A stretch of 64,000 nucleotides of DNA from Syntrophorhabdaceae bacterium (GTDB taxonomy: Bacteria > Desulfobacterota > Syntrophorhabdia > Syntrophorhabdales > Syntrophorhabdaceae): positions 1 through 64,000 of the forward strand of contig CAXXUO010000004.1 in assembly GCA_963666485.2 (NCBI GenBank), in the 5' to 3' direction. Shown one piece after another: positions 36,559 to 45,656 of the stretch; position 1 is the first letter of the stretch; each line of letters starts with the position of its first letter. The notes beneath the pieces are model-generated. The model saw nothing but the letters and a program-made list of their open reading frames with translations, was not told the DNA's origin and made no database searches. The position numbers were made by a program, and so were the translations under genes.

Positions 36559-37947
36559 ATGACCGACCAGGAATTCCTAGATACACTCGAGCTCTTTGAG
36601 CAACGTCATATTCTGAAGCATTACAGAACGCTATCACCCCCCCACAGGCGGTCATTTCTGGATGCGAACAGGGAGCTGGACATCCACCTTGTGTTTCAGC
36701 TGTATAAAGAATTCTGCCGGGCTGATCACGGTATTATCGATTCCGCGACGATCAGCCCGCCGGACGTTATCTGCATGGCAAATGATGCCCCGGGAAGTTC
36801 AGGCGACTTGACGGCCCTTACCCGCGGAGAAGCCCTGTTACGCCGGCAAAAAGTAGCGGTCCTCATCGTGGCCGGCGGCCAGGGTTCACGCCTGGGGTTC
36901 GAGGGCCCAAAAGGCACGTTCCCCCTCTCGCCGGTCAAGGGAAAAACACTTTTCCAGCTCATGGCCGAGCAGGTCAGGTCCCTCTCCATGCGATACGCGG
37001 TCTCTATACCCCTTCTCATCATGACAAGCAGCGACAACCATCGCGACACCGTCGGTTTTTTTAAACAGAACCGGTACTTCGGACTGAATCCCGACATGGT
37101 CCATTTCTTTTCCCAGGGCGTATTGCCTGCTGTTACGCTCAACGGCCAGCTGATCCTGAAAGACAACGTTCGTCTTTACACAAGCCCCAACGGCCACGGC
37201 GGGTCTCTGAAGGCCCTCTGGGACTCGGGCCTGCTCATCAAGCTGATGGATGCCGGGTATGAAGACCTCTTTTACTGCCAGGTGGACAATCCCCTTGTCA
37301 GGATCGCGGACCCGGTCTTTCTCGGGCACCACCGGCAGGGCCAATGCCAGGTATCCACGAAGGTCGTCAGGCGCAGAAGCATCAAGGAAAAGGTTGGCGT
37401 CTATGTCAGGCTCAACGGAAAAGACGCCATTGCCGAATACAGCGACCTCGACGAGAGACACATGTCCGCCCTCGACGAAAAAGGAGACATTTTATACTGG
37501 GCCGGGAACACCGCCATTCATACCTTTTCCCTCTCATTCATACGGGAGCTCAACAGGCACGGTTTTGCCCTGCCCTACCACTCTGCAAAGAAGTCGGCCT
37601 ATGTTATCTCCTCCGACTGGGAACCGGCAAACATAGATGTTTGGAAATTCGAGACGTTCGTATTCGACGCGATTCCCTTCGCCAGGAAGACATGCTGCAT
37701 GGAGATTAGAAGAGAGGACGAATTCGCACCCGTCAAGAACAAGGACGGTGACGACTCTCCTGACACGGCACGTGCAGCACTGACAACCCTCTACCGCGAC
37801 TGGCTCATGAAGGCCGGGATCAACGTGTCCGAAAGTGCACGGCTCGAGATAAGTCCGTTGTACGCGTTAAGCCCGCGGGATGTTGTGGAGAAGCTTAAAG
37901 GGAAGAAGTTGCCGCTGGATGGGGATGGGGATGTGTATTTGGAGTAA
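36559..37947 (+). CDS. UDPGP-family (UAP-type) UDP-N-acetylhexosamine/UDP-sugar pyrophosphorylase
   Basis: AGGQGSRLG..GPKG, IMTS, SPNGHGG, QVDN, EYS, KFETFVFD, EFAPVKN. Confidence 0.9.
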   Translation: MTDQEFLDTLELFEQRHILKHYRTLSPPHRRSFLDANRELDIHLVFQLYKEFCRADHGIIDSATISPPDVICMANDAPGSSGDLTALTRGEALLRRQKVAVLIVAGGQGSRLGFEGPKGTFPLSPVKGKTLFQLMAEQVRSLSMRYAVSIPLLIMTSSDNHRDTVGFFKQNRYFGLNPDMVHFFSQGVLPAVTLNGQLILKDNVRLYTSPNGHGGSLKALWDSGLLIKLMDAGYEDLFYCQVDNPLVRIADPVFLGHHRQGQCQVSTKVVRRRSIKEKVGVYVRLNGKDAIAEYSDLDERHMSALDEKGDILYWAGNTAIHTFSLSFIRELNRHGFALPYHSAKKSAYVISSDWEPANIDVWKFETFVFDAIPFARKTCCMEIRREDEFAPVKNKDGDDSPDTARAALTTLYRDWLMKAGINVSESARLEISPLYALSPRDVVEKLKGKKLPLDGDGDVYLE

Positions 37948-38164
37948 CGGCGTACGGCTGACGGCGTACGGCTGACGGAAAAGAAAAAAACAAAGTCATT
38001 GAGGAAAACTCGCAGACTATTGGCCGTTATCAGTCCCTAGTTGCAGGCATAATAAAAGGTTACCACGTACCGGCCGTCTACCATTGCCCCGCGATGTTGG
38101 TGGTCTAATGCATTCCTTCATTATCCCATCAACCGTAAGCCGTACGCCGTCAGCCGTACGCCGT
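37946..38164. repeat. Inverted pair of ACGGCGT/ACGGCTG heptamer arrays between convergent genes
   Basis: 37946-37978 and 38133-38164; each abuts a stop codon. Confidence 0.9.
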
Positions 38165-38166
38165 CC

Positions 38167-39138
38167 TCACATCCTGTCCCCGGCCGTGAGGTACCATTCA
38201 CCGATATACCAGGGGCTTGCGGGATCGTAAAGGTCTGCGGGAGTAGGGGTGCCTGAAGGTGGTTCGGGATACGTTCCCCGTAAGACCTCCCCATCCGCGA
38301 TCATGGTGGTTAAAAAACCCGGCACATGTTCGAAACCGAGCTTAATTGCATCATTTTTTAAAAGCGATGAAGCTGTGAAGAAAAAGAGGCGCCTTTCGTT
38401 CTCGAGGGAGCGTGCACAGCATGCCCTCAAAATGTCTTCCGGTGAATGACCTGAGTGACCCGAAAAGGCTAAGAGCCGATCGAAAGGCCCCTTCTTTTCG
38501 ACTATGCCCACACATTCCCCGTCGATGCAGAGAAATTCCATGACTTCCGGCCTTTCGATGAACTGAGACCGCCATTCTTCAGGAGAATATGTAAGACGGG
38601 GATGCCTCGCCATATCCGGGCGCATGAACCGGGATATGTTGAGGGAGCATTCCGTGATATCAGAAACGCCTGCCAGCTCCAGAGGCGCCCCCGGCCGGGG
38701 CGTGGCAGGCCCGGTAACGAGGTAATGGGTTGGAAATACGGCCGCGCCCTTGTGTAAAAGCCGTTTCATGCTCGGGTTCGTTTGCGTGACGAATGCAATG
38801 AGAAGCGCTGCTCCGGAAGCCTGCGCGAGCTTTAACGATTGATCGATCATGAGTGTGAAGCATCCCTGGTTGCGTGCTTCCGGGAGGGTCCAGGAGCCGG
38901 TCATGATAGCGACAGGGACCGTTGTATCGTTGAGCAGGGCATGCCGGTATGTCACCGCCGATCCCCCGAGAAGAACGTCTTTTTCCTTAAGGAGCATGAT
39001 GTCGGGTTTCCTGCCGCCCAACCGCCGCTCAAAACACCACCGGTACATTGCGGTCCCGCCCCAATCGCCAAAACACCTGTTCAGGCATTCAAGGTAAAGA
39101 TCTTCAGTATGCCCAGGATTGACCACGATATCGATCAT
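38167..39138 (-). CDS. GNAT family N-acetyltransferase
   Basis: WTLPEARNQG motif A; overlaps upstream stop (ATGA). Confidence 0.7.
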   Translation of the reverse strand: MIDIVVNPGHTEDLYLECLNRCFGDWGGTAMYRWCFERRLGGRKPDIMLLKEKDVLLGGSAVTYRHALLNDTTVPVAIMTGSWTLPEARNQGCFTLMIDQSLKLAQASGAALLIAFVTQTNPSMKRLLHKGAAVFPTHYLVTGPATPRPGAPLELAGVSDITECSLNISRFMRPDMARHPRLTYSPEEWRSQFIERPEVMEFLCIDGECVGIVEKKGPFDRLLAFSGHSGHSPEDILRACCARSLENERRLFFFTASSLLKNDAIKLGFEHVPGFLTTMIADGEVLRGTYPEPPSGTPTPADLYDPASPWYIGEWYLTAGDRM

Positions 39139-40103
39139 GCATTCCCCGCCGATTCCGGGCCACTTTCAAATACCCGGTGAACCACCTCTCCCATTGATGT
39201 CCAGAACAAGGCATCGCCATATTTCTGCTCGAGCATCGTTAAAAGCATGTCGAGGAAATTCCTGTATCCCAGGTCTAATCCGTCATCAGCTACGTAATCG
39301 AAAACTTTTTTGATGGCGTGGGCTTTTATGGACAGGAGACCGCCCGCCTCTATGATCTCGAAGGCCCTGTCAATGGTGTTGGTACACGAAAAATTCGATG
39401 TAATATGAACAAGCCTGGCATCGTGGATCCATTGGGGATAGATCACGGATACGCCGTTCATTCCATGTGCCTGTGTTTGTGCATCGGCGCAAACGGGTGT
39501 GGTCAGGTCCCTGGCCGAACCTATGAACCTCAGGCCGACCCTGACCATGGCATCGAGCAGTGCGGGCGGCGAATTCCAGCCCGGCGGGCAAATCCCCGGG
39601 ACGAAATCAATGCCGGCCTGCCGGAAAATGGCAATGGTCTCTTTGAGGAGCGCCGTGAATTCTTCACTATTCTGATCCTGAAATTCGATGGGGATCCTTA
39701 AGCCCTTGTGGCAGTGGTGAAGGCCGTGAAGGGCTATTTCAGCCCTTGGAAGGGATTTAATGTAATGAACGAATCCGGTATGCCGGTCAAGTCTCATGGT
39801 GCCCCGCGGCCAACGCTTCGCCAGGTAGAAACGGTCGCGAAGGCCGGGAATTGCCGCGAGCACTTTTCGTGTCGGGCGCGGATGGATCTCTCTCCAGTCA
39901 GCCGTGACAAAGAGGGTTGCACGAAGAAGCGGGTGCCGCTCGAGGAGCCATTCCAGGTGTCCCAACACACCGTCACCAAGGTCACCGCCCGCTTCATAAT
40001 AATCGGATGATCTCGCGGGGTGAATGTCGTCTATGCTCAGGCATACGGCCGCCTTTTTGCCTGGCGGAAGCCAGTTGTTGGGAAACCCGCCGGTATTCGT
40101 CAA
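39135..40103 (-). CDS. Polysaccharide deacetylase-like protein (NodB/DUF2334)
   Basis: LSIDD, ATLFVT, EIALHGLHH, PPGW. Confidence 0.75.
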   Translation of the reverse strand: MTNTGGFPNNWLPPGKKAAVCLSIDDIHPARSSDYYEAGGDLGDGVLGHLEWLLERHPLLRATLFVTADWREIHPRPTRKVLAAIPGLRDRFYLAKRWPRGTMRLDRHTGFVHYIKSLPRAEIALHGLHHCHKGLRIPIEFQDQNSEEFTALLKETIAIFRQAGIDFVPGICPPGWNSPPALLDAMVRVGLRFIGSARDLTTPVCADAQTQAHGMNGVSVIYPQWIHDARLVHITSNFSCTNTIDRAFEIIEAGGLLSIKAHAIKKVFDYVADDGLDLGYRNFLDMLLTMLEQKYGDALFWTSMGEVVHRVFESGPESAGNA

Positions 40104-40149
40104 AAAATGGTCCTTCCCTTCATGCCGGAAATGAAATGGGAGCGGGATG

Positions 40150-41583
40150 TCACCTCGACCCGTCCATTGTGCCGACCCGATGCATTTTCATGAAATTGGT
40201 CCTGACCGTCGAGGCGATGGGATGGCCCGCAACGAGCACGACAACATCACCTTCCGAGGCATATCCCCCTTCGAGCAGAAAACGGTCGATCTCCTCTATC
40301 ATCCGGTCTGTATTTTTGATCCTGCGGAATTGAAAAGGGATGACACCACGGTACAGCTTCATCCGCCTGACGACCGCCGCCTCCGGAGACACCGCGATAA
40401 CAGGCATCGACGGCCTGAACTTCGAGATAAGCCGCGCGGTAAAACCGGTCATCGTGAACGCCATGATGCATCGTGCGGACATCTCTTCGGCTGCTTGCGA
40501 TGCCGCTTGCGCGATCGTCTCGGGAAAATCAGGGACTGACACGCTATCCTCTACCGACCGCCGGATATTCCCCATCATCTTCTCCTCGGTGAAGGATATG
40601 ATCCTGTCCATGACCGTGACCGCTTCAAAGGGGTATTTTCCCGCCGACGTCTCGGCCGACAGCATCAGGGCGTCCGTGCCGTCGATAACGGCGTTCGCGA
40701 CATCGGTCGATTCAGCCCGCGTGGGGCGGGAATGGGCAGTCATCGATTCCAGCATCTGCGTGGCGGTTATAACGCTCTTCCTCGCCCTGTTCGCTTTGCT
40801 TATCAGCATTTTCTGGAAGACAGGGACCTCCTCGAGGGGCATCTCGACGCCGAGGTCGCCGCGCGCGACCATGATCCCGTCGACAAGTTCCAGGATCGCG
40901 TCGATATCGCGTATGGCCTCCTCTTTCTCTATCTTGGCAATAAGGGCCACTGTCGCGCCCCGGTCGGCCAGCCACTGCCTGACCTGCCGGATATCGTCGG
41001 CGCTCCTGACAAAGGACAGGGCGACGTAATCCACTCCGGCGCTGATGCCGAACTCGAGGTCTGCCCTGTCTTTATCGGTAAAGAACGGCGCGCTGACATT
41101 CATCCCGGGCAGGTTGACGCCTTTGTGTTCCTTGAGGACGCCTCCCTCCGTCACCACGGCGTCGAGTGATTTCTCCGAACGGCCTGTTATCTTGAGTTGG
41201 AGCAATCCATCGTCGAGGAGGATCGTGTCGCCGGGACGGGCATCTTCGATGAGCCACGGATAGTCGATCGGGATGGAATCATTTTTCTGACCGCCGTCGC
41301 CGGTATGGATGGATACCTGCTGTCCTTTTCCCAGGACGAGCCTGCCCCCCTCGAGCGAGCCGACCCGGATCTTGATCCCCTGGAGGTCCTGAAGTATTGC
41401 CACATGCCTTCTGAGCTTCTTCTCCGCCAACCTGATCTTTCGGATCATTGACCCGTGAAATTCGTGATCTCCATGGGAGAAATTCAGGCGGGCCACATCC
41501 ATTCCGCACAGTATCAGTTTTTCCAACGCTTTTCTGCTCTGGGTCGGCGGGCCCAGCGTACATACGATCCTGGCCTTCCTCAT
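40150..41583 (-). CDS. pyk: Pyruvate kinase
   Basis: IVCTLGP, RLNFSHG, IAKIE, MVARGDLGVE, ATQMLESM, PTRAE, MLSAET. Confidence 0.96.
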   Translation of the reverse strand: MRKARIVCTLGPPTQSRKALEKLILCGMDVARLNFSHGDHEFHGSMIRKIRLAEKKLRRHVAILQDLQGIKIRVGSLEGGRLVLGKGQQVSIHTGDGGQKNDSIPIDYPWLIEDARPGDTILLDDGLLQLKITGRSEKSLDAVVTEGGVLKEHKGVNLPGMNVSAPFFTDKDRADLEFGISAGVDYVALSFVRSADDIRQVRQWLADRGATVALIAKIEKEEAIRDIDAILELVDGIMVARGDLGVEMPLEEVPVFQKMLISKANRARKSVITATQMLESMTAHSRPTRAESTDVANAVIDGTDALMLSAETSAGKYPFEAVTVMDRIISFTEEKMMGNIRRSVEDSVSVPDFPETIAQAASQAAEEMSARCIMAFTMTGFTARLISKFRPSMPVIAVSPEAAVVRRMKLYRGVIPFQFRRIKNTDRMIEEIDRFLLEGGYASEGDVVVLVAGHPIASTVRTNFMKMHRVGTMDGSR

Positions 41584-41597
41584 ACTGTTCCCCTTTT

Positions 41598-43700
41598 TTA
41601 AGCGATCCCTGAAAGACCGCGCACGTCCTCAAACCGCCGCCCTATCCCGGCAAGAATTCTTTCCAGGTCCTCATCGGGCAGATCCGAGGTATACTGCACG
41701 GCTATCGTGCGTGCCCGCGTCATAATATCGATATCCTTCACAATATCCCCCACCCTGAACGGCGGCAAACCGGACTGCCGTATACCGAGCATATCACCAA
41801 CCCCCCGTATTCTCAAGTCCTCTTCGGCAACGACAAAACCGTCTCCCGTTTTCTCCATGATCCGCAATCTCTTTGACGCCAGGGCGGTCCTTTTCTCCGA
41901 CGTAAGGAGCAGGCACGTGGAAGGAAGGGTACCCCTGCCTACCCTGCCCCGCAACTGGTGCAGCTGGGACAGGCCGAACCTCTCCGCGTTCTCCACAACG
42001 ATCATCGTTGCACGCGGGACGTCGATACCCACCTCAATGACCGTCGTGCAGACGAGAATATCGATATCGCCGCCCCGGAAAGCATACATCGCATCTTCCT
42101 TTTCGCGGGCATTCATCCTGCCGTGCAACAAGGCCACTTTGTACTCGGGAAAAATCTTTGTCTCAAGACGCCGGGCCATCGTACGCGCATCGCGGACACC
42201 TTCTATTTCGGACTCCTCGATGACCGGATACACTATGAAAACGCCATGGCCGGCCTTCAGTTCTTTCGCGATCAGGGCGCGTGCCTTTTCCCTTTCATTT
42301 TCCGGCAGGACCTTCGTCACTATTTTCCGGCGCCCCGCGGGCATCGTATCGATAACCGACACGTCGAGATCGCCGTAAACGACCATGGAGAGCGTCCGCG
42401 GGATAGGCGTGGCCGTCATGTTGAGAACATCCGGTTGACGTGACTTCCTTGTGAGCTTCCTGCGTTGTTCCACCCCGAAACGATGCTGTTCGTCAATGAT
42501 GATGAGCCCGAGATTGCTGAACTCGACATCCGACTGTATCATGGCGTGGGTCCCGATAATGACGGGCACAGTGCCCTTTCGTATATCATGCAGGACACCG
42601 CCTCTATCCTTTCCCAGGCCGCCCTTGAGAAGAGTGACGGGGATCCCGAGAGCATCGAACCATCGGTGTACGTTCAAGTAGTGCTGCTCCGCGAGTATCT
42701 CCGTGGGGGCCATAAATGCCACCTGGAACCCGTTGTCGATGGCTATGCATGCACCGGCGATGGCGCAGACGGTCTTTCCCGAACCGACATCACCCTGTAA
42801 AAGCCTGTTCATCGGCACCGGCCGGCCCATGTCGGCCGCGATCTCCTCTATGACGCGCTGCTGGGCATCCGTCAGTTTAAATCCAAGACCTCCGAGAAAA
42901 CTGTCGTAAACTGCGCCGCCCGTCCGGAACGCTATGCCTTCGCGGGCCTGTGCTTTTCTCTTTCTTGTCATCAGTGTGATCTGGAACTGCAGGTACTCCT
43001 CGAGGATCAGGCGCCGGATGCATTCATCAATGTTCGCTGTGTCCAAGGCCGCTCCATCCGTGCCGTGGACCTGCCTTATTGCCTCGCCAAGCGATACGAG
43101 GTCATGATCGTTCTCTACCCGGAGCGGTATAACAGACAGCGGCGCCCCTGAGGACACCCTGACGGCTTCCTCCACAATTTTCCGTACAAAACCCTGTTTC
43201 ACGCCCTCGACCTGGGAATAAACGGGGACTACGGGGCGGTTCTTTTCCGAGACCTCGCCATTTTCGAGGACCGTCACATCGGGATGAACGATCTGGAGCA
43301 TTTCCCCGAACTGGTTAACTTTGCCTGAAACCATGACCGGCAGCCCTTTTTCGCAGATCTTTCCAAGATATCCCTTGGACCACTGGAACCATTTCAAGGA
43401 CAGAAACCCGGTATCGTCGCCCACGACCATTTCAAAGCCCTTCTTCCGTGAATGGCGGAAGAACATCGAGCGGTACGAGTCGACCGTCGCCAGGATGCTG
43501 CATTGATCCCCGGCACGCAATTCCCCGATCTTCTTGATCGTCGACCGGTCAAGCCAGCGAACGGGGATGAAATACAGGAGATCATCGACCGTGTAAAGGC
43601 CCTTTTGGGCCATCTTCTTCTCTATGGCCGGTCCGACGCCTTTTAAGGTCGACAAGGGTTTGTCCAGTATGGGGTCACGAAAAGTTTTCATTCGGGGCAT
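41598..43700 (-). CDS. recG: ATP-dependent DNA helicase RecG
   Basis: QGDVGSGKT, DEQHRFG, TATPIPRT, ERFGLSQLHQLRGRVGR. Confidence 0.96.
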   Translation of the reverse strand: MPRMKTFRDPILDKPLSTLKGVGPAIEKKMAQKGLYTVDDLLYFIPVRWLDRSTIKKIGELRAGDQCSILATVDSYRSMFFRHSRKKGFEMVVGDDTGFLSLKWFQWSKGYLGKICEKGLPVMVSGKVNQFGEMLQIVHPDVTVLENGEVSEKNRPVVPVYSQVEGVKQGFVRKIVEEAVRVSSGAPLSVIPLRVENDHDLVSLGEAIRQVHGTDGAALDTANIDECIRRLILEEYLQFQITLMTRKRKAQAREGIAFRTGGAVYDSFLGGLGFKLTDAQQRVIEEIAADMGRPVPMNRLLQGDVGSGKTVCAIAGACIAIDNGFQVAFMAPTEILAEQHYLNVHRWFDALGIPVTLLKGGLGKDRGGVLHDIRKGTVPVIIGTHAMIQSDVEFSNLGLIIIDEQHRFGVEQRRKLTRKSRQPDVLNMTATPIPRTLSMVVYGDLDVSVIDTMPAGRRKIVTKVLPENEREKARALIAKELKAGHGVFIVYPVIEESEIEGVRDARTMARRLETKIFPEYKVALLHGRMNAREKEDAMYAFRGGDIDILVCTTVIEVGIDVPRATMIVVENAERFGLSQLHQLRGRVGRGTLPSTCLLLTSEKRTALASKRLRIMEKTGDGFVVAEEDLRIRGVGDMLGIRQSGLPPFRVGDIVKDIDIMTRARTIAVQYTSDLPDEDLERILAGIGRRFEDVRGLSGIA

Positions 43701-43724
43701 TACGTCCTATAATATCAATACAAC

Positions 43725-43808
43725 GTTCAAGGTTCAAGGTTCAATGTTCAAGGCAAAAAGAACAAATTGGAGATAGAAAACACAAACAGTTCAAAGTTCA
43801 AGGTTCAA
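43725..43808 (+). repeat. Two direct GTTCAAG heptamer arrays
   Basis: 43725-43753 (4 units) and 43789-43808 (3 units) in the divergent recG/macro intergenic region. Confidence 0.85.
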
Positions 43809-43839
43809 CGCTTAAAAGAAAGAGAATACGAGGGTGGGA

Positions 43840-44391
43840 ATGAATGAGGTGGTGAAACAGGCTGTGTTTGGTGGGGTTGCGGTGAGGGTTGTGCGGGGGG
43901 ATCTGACGGAGAGCGATGCGGATGCGATCGTCAATGCGGCGAATTCATATTTGCAGCATGGGGGCGGCGTTGCCGGTGCGATCGTCAGGAAGGGCGGTAG
44001 GAGCATCCAGGAGGAAAGCAATGCGATCGGTTATGTGCCCGTCGGCGGGGCTGCCATGACAGGGGCCGGGACGCTCAAGGCGCGCCATGTCATTCATGCC
44101 GTCGGACCCATGTGGGGTGAAGGCGACGAGGACGCGAAGTTGAAGAAGGCCGTCAGGAGCGTGCTCGCTCTCGCCACCGATAAGGGGCTTTCGTCCATAG
44201 CTATGCCGGCTATCAGCGCGGGCATCTTCGGTTTTCCGAAGGACCGGTGTGCACGGATCATCGTACAAGAAATTGCCGGGTACCTGGCCGGGCACACATC
44301 GTCCCTCAAACAGATAGACATCGTTCTCATGGACACGGGTATCATTCAATTCTTCATGGACGAATTATCGGGCTCCGGCGACGGGAAATAA
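43840..44391 (+). CDS. Macro domain protein (YmdB/MacroD-like)
   Basis: GDLT, DAIVNAAN, GGGVAGAI, HVIHAVGP, PAISAGIFGFP. Confidence 0.92.
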   Translation: MNEVVKQAVFGGVAVRVVRGDLTESDADAIVNAANSYLQHGGGVAGAIVRKGGRSIQEESNAIGYVPVGGAAMTGAGTLKARHVIHAVGPMWGEGDEDAKLKKAVRSVLALATDKGLSSIAMPAISAGIFGFPKDRCARIIVQEIAGYLAGHTSSLKQIDIVLMDTGIIQFFMDELSGSGDGK

Positions 44392-44484
44392 CTCGCTGTT
44401 GAATTCAGCGCGGGTTGCGTGGTATCGTTACAGCACAGCATATTTTCGATCCTATCAAAACACAATAAGACAAGGAGCACTGCA

Positions 44485-45039
44485 ATGACGGAAGACCGGG
44501 CAAAACTTCTGAAGATCCTGAAGGAATTATCTTATGAGGAGGGCGAATTCACCCTCGTGAGCGGGAAGAAAAGCAGTTTCTATATAGACGCCAAGGAAAC
44601 GACCCTGAACCCCGAAGGCATGTACCTCGTCGGCAAATTAATGTACGCACTTGCCCGTGAGATCCCGGGTATCGATGCCGTCGGCGGCGTCAGCATCGGC
44701 GGCGACCCCCTCGTATCGTCCGTCGTGCTCGTTTCCTACACGAACAAGGACAACCTCATGGGCTTCCTCATCCGGAAAGAACCCAAAGGACACGGGACAA
44801 ATCAGTGGATCGAAGGCGGGAAGAACTTGAAGAAGGGAATGAACGTCGTGATCCTCGAGGACGTCGTCACAACCGGCGGATCGTCGCTCAAGGCAATAGA
44901 GGCTGTTGAAAAAGGCGGGTATGCGGTTAAAGGAGTGGTTGCGCTCCTCGATCGCCTTGACGGCGGGAAAGAGGCGATAGAGTCAAAAGGTTATATATTT
45001 AAGTCAATATTCAATCTGAAAGACGTCAGGACTGTTTAG
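44485..45039 (+). CDS. pyrE: Orotate phosphoribosyltransferase
   Basis: FTLVSGKKS.FYID, IRKEPKGHG, LEDVVTTGGS; AGGAG RBS. Confidence 0.94.
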   Translation: MTEDRAKLLKILKELSYEEGEFTLVSGKKSSFYIDAKETTLNPEGMYLVGKLMYALAREIPGIDAVGGVSIGGDPLVSSVVLVSYTNKDNLMGFLIRKEPKGHGTNQWIEGGKNLKKGMNVVILEDVVTTGGSSLKAIEAVEKGGYAVKGVVALLDRLDGGKEAIESKGYIFKSIFNLKDVRTV

Positions 45040-45055
45040 CCGACACCCAGGTGGT

Positions 45056-45650
45056 TTAGATCACGTCTTCAATGCGGGCGAGAAGCTCTTTCTTACCGAC
45101 GCCCGTCCTGGCCGAGAAAAGCATCGCTTTTTTCCCCATGAAGAATTTCTCGAATGACCGCACCTTGCGGGCAATATTACCCTGGTTTTCCTTATCCACC
45201 TTTGTCAGGACCGGGCTGAAAGGCAGGTCCTTCAACAAGAGCCATTCGAGCAGCATTTCGTCGAGCTCATCAAAATCCCTGCGGACATCAAGCAGCCAGA
45301 TAATCGTCTTTATACGATCATTGCCGGCCAGGTACCCTTCCACCATAGCCTGCCAGTTAAGGGCTGTCGTCCGCGATACTTTCGCATAGCCGAATCCCCG
45401 GGAAATCGGAAAATATCATACCGCCCCTCTTACCCTGAGAGTCATACGCCACGCTGTAGATATTGATGATCTTTGTCGCCCCGGGCCGTGAGCTTGTGCG
45501 CGCGACGCGCTGCGCCACTAGCGCATTGATCAGGGATGATTTTCCCACATTCGACCTGCCGATAAACGAAACCTCGGGTGTATCCTCTGAAAGACCGACC
45601 TGGCGCACCGAAGTTACACCTTTTACATATTGTGCGTTTATGATTCGCAT
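45056..45650 (-). CDS. engB: Ribosome biogenesis GTPase EngB/YihA (apparent +1 indel near 45398)
   Basis: GRSNVGKSS, DFPG|FGYA, TKVDK, FSA; removing one G joins the two ORFs. Confidence 0.88.
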
Positions 45651-45656
45651 AATGTA

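Noticed and set aside
43840..44391. Macro domain as antitoxin/defence gene (DarG-like)
   Set aside because: No ADP-ribosyltransferase or other toxin neighbour; housekeeping context between recG and pyrE
45056..45650. engB pseudogene
   Set aside because: Single indel in a normally essential gene inside an indel-rich tract; kept as CDS
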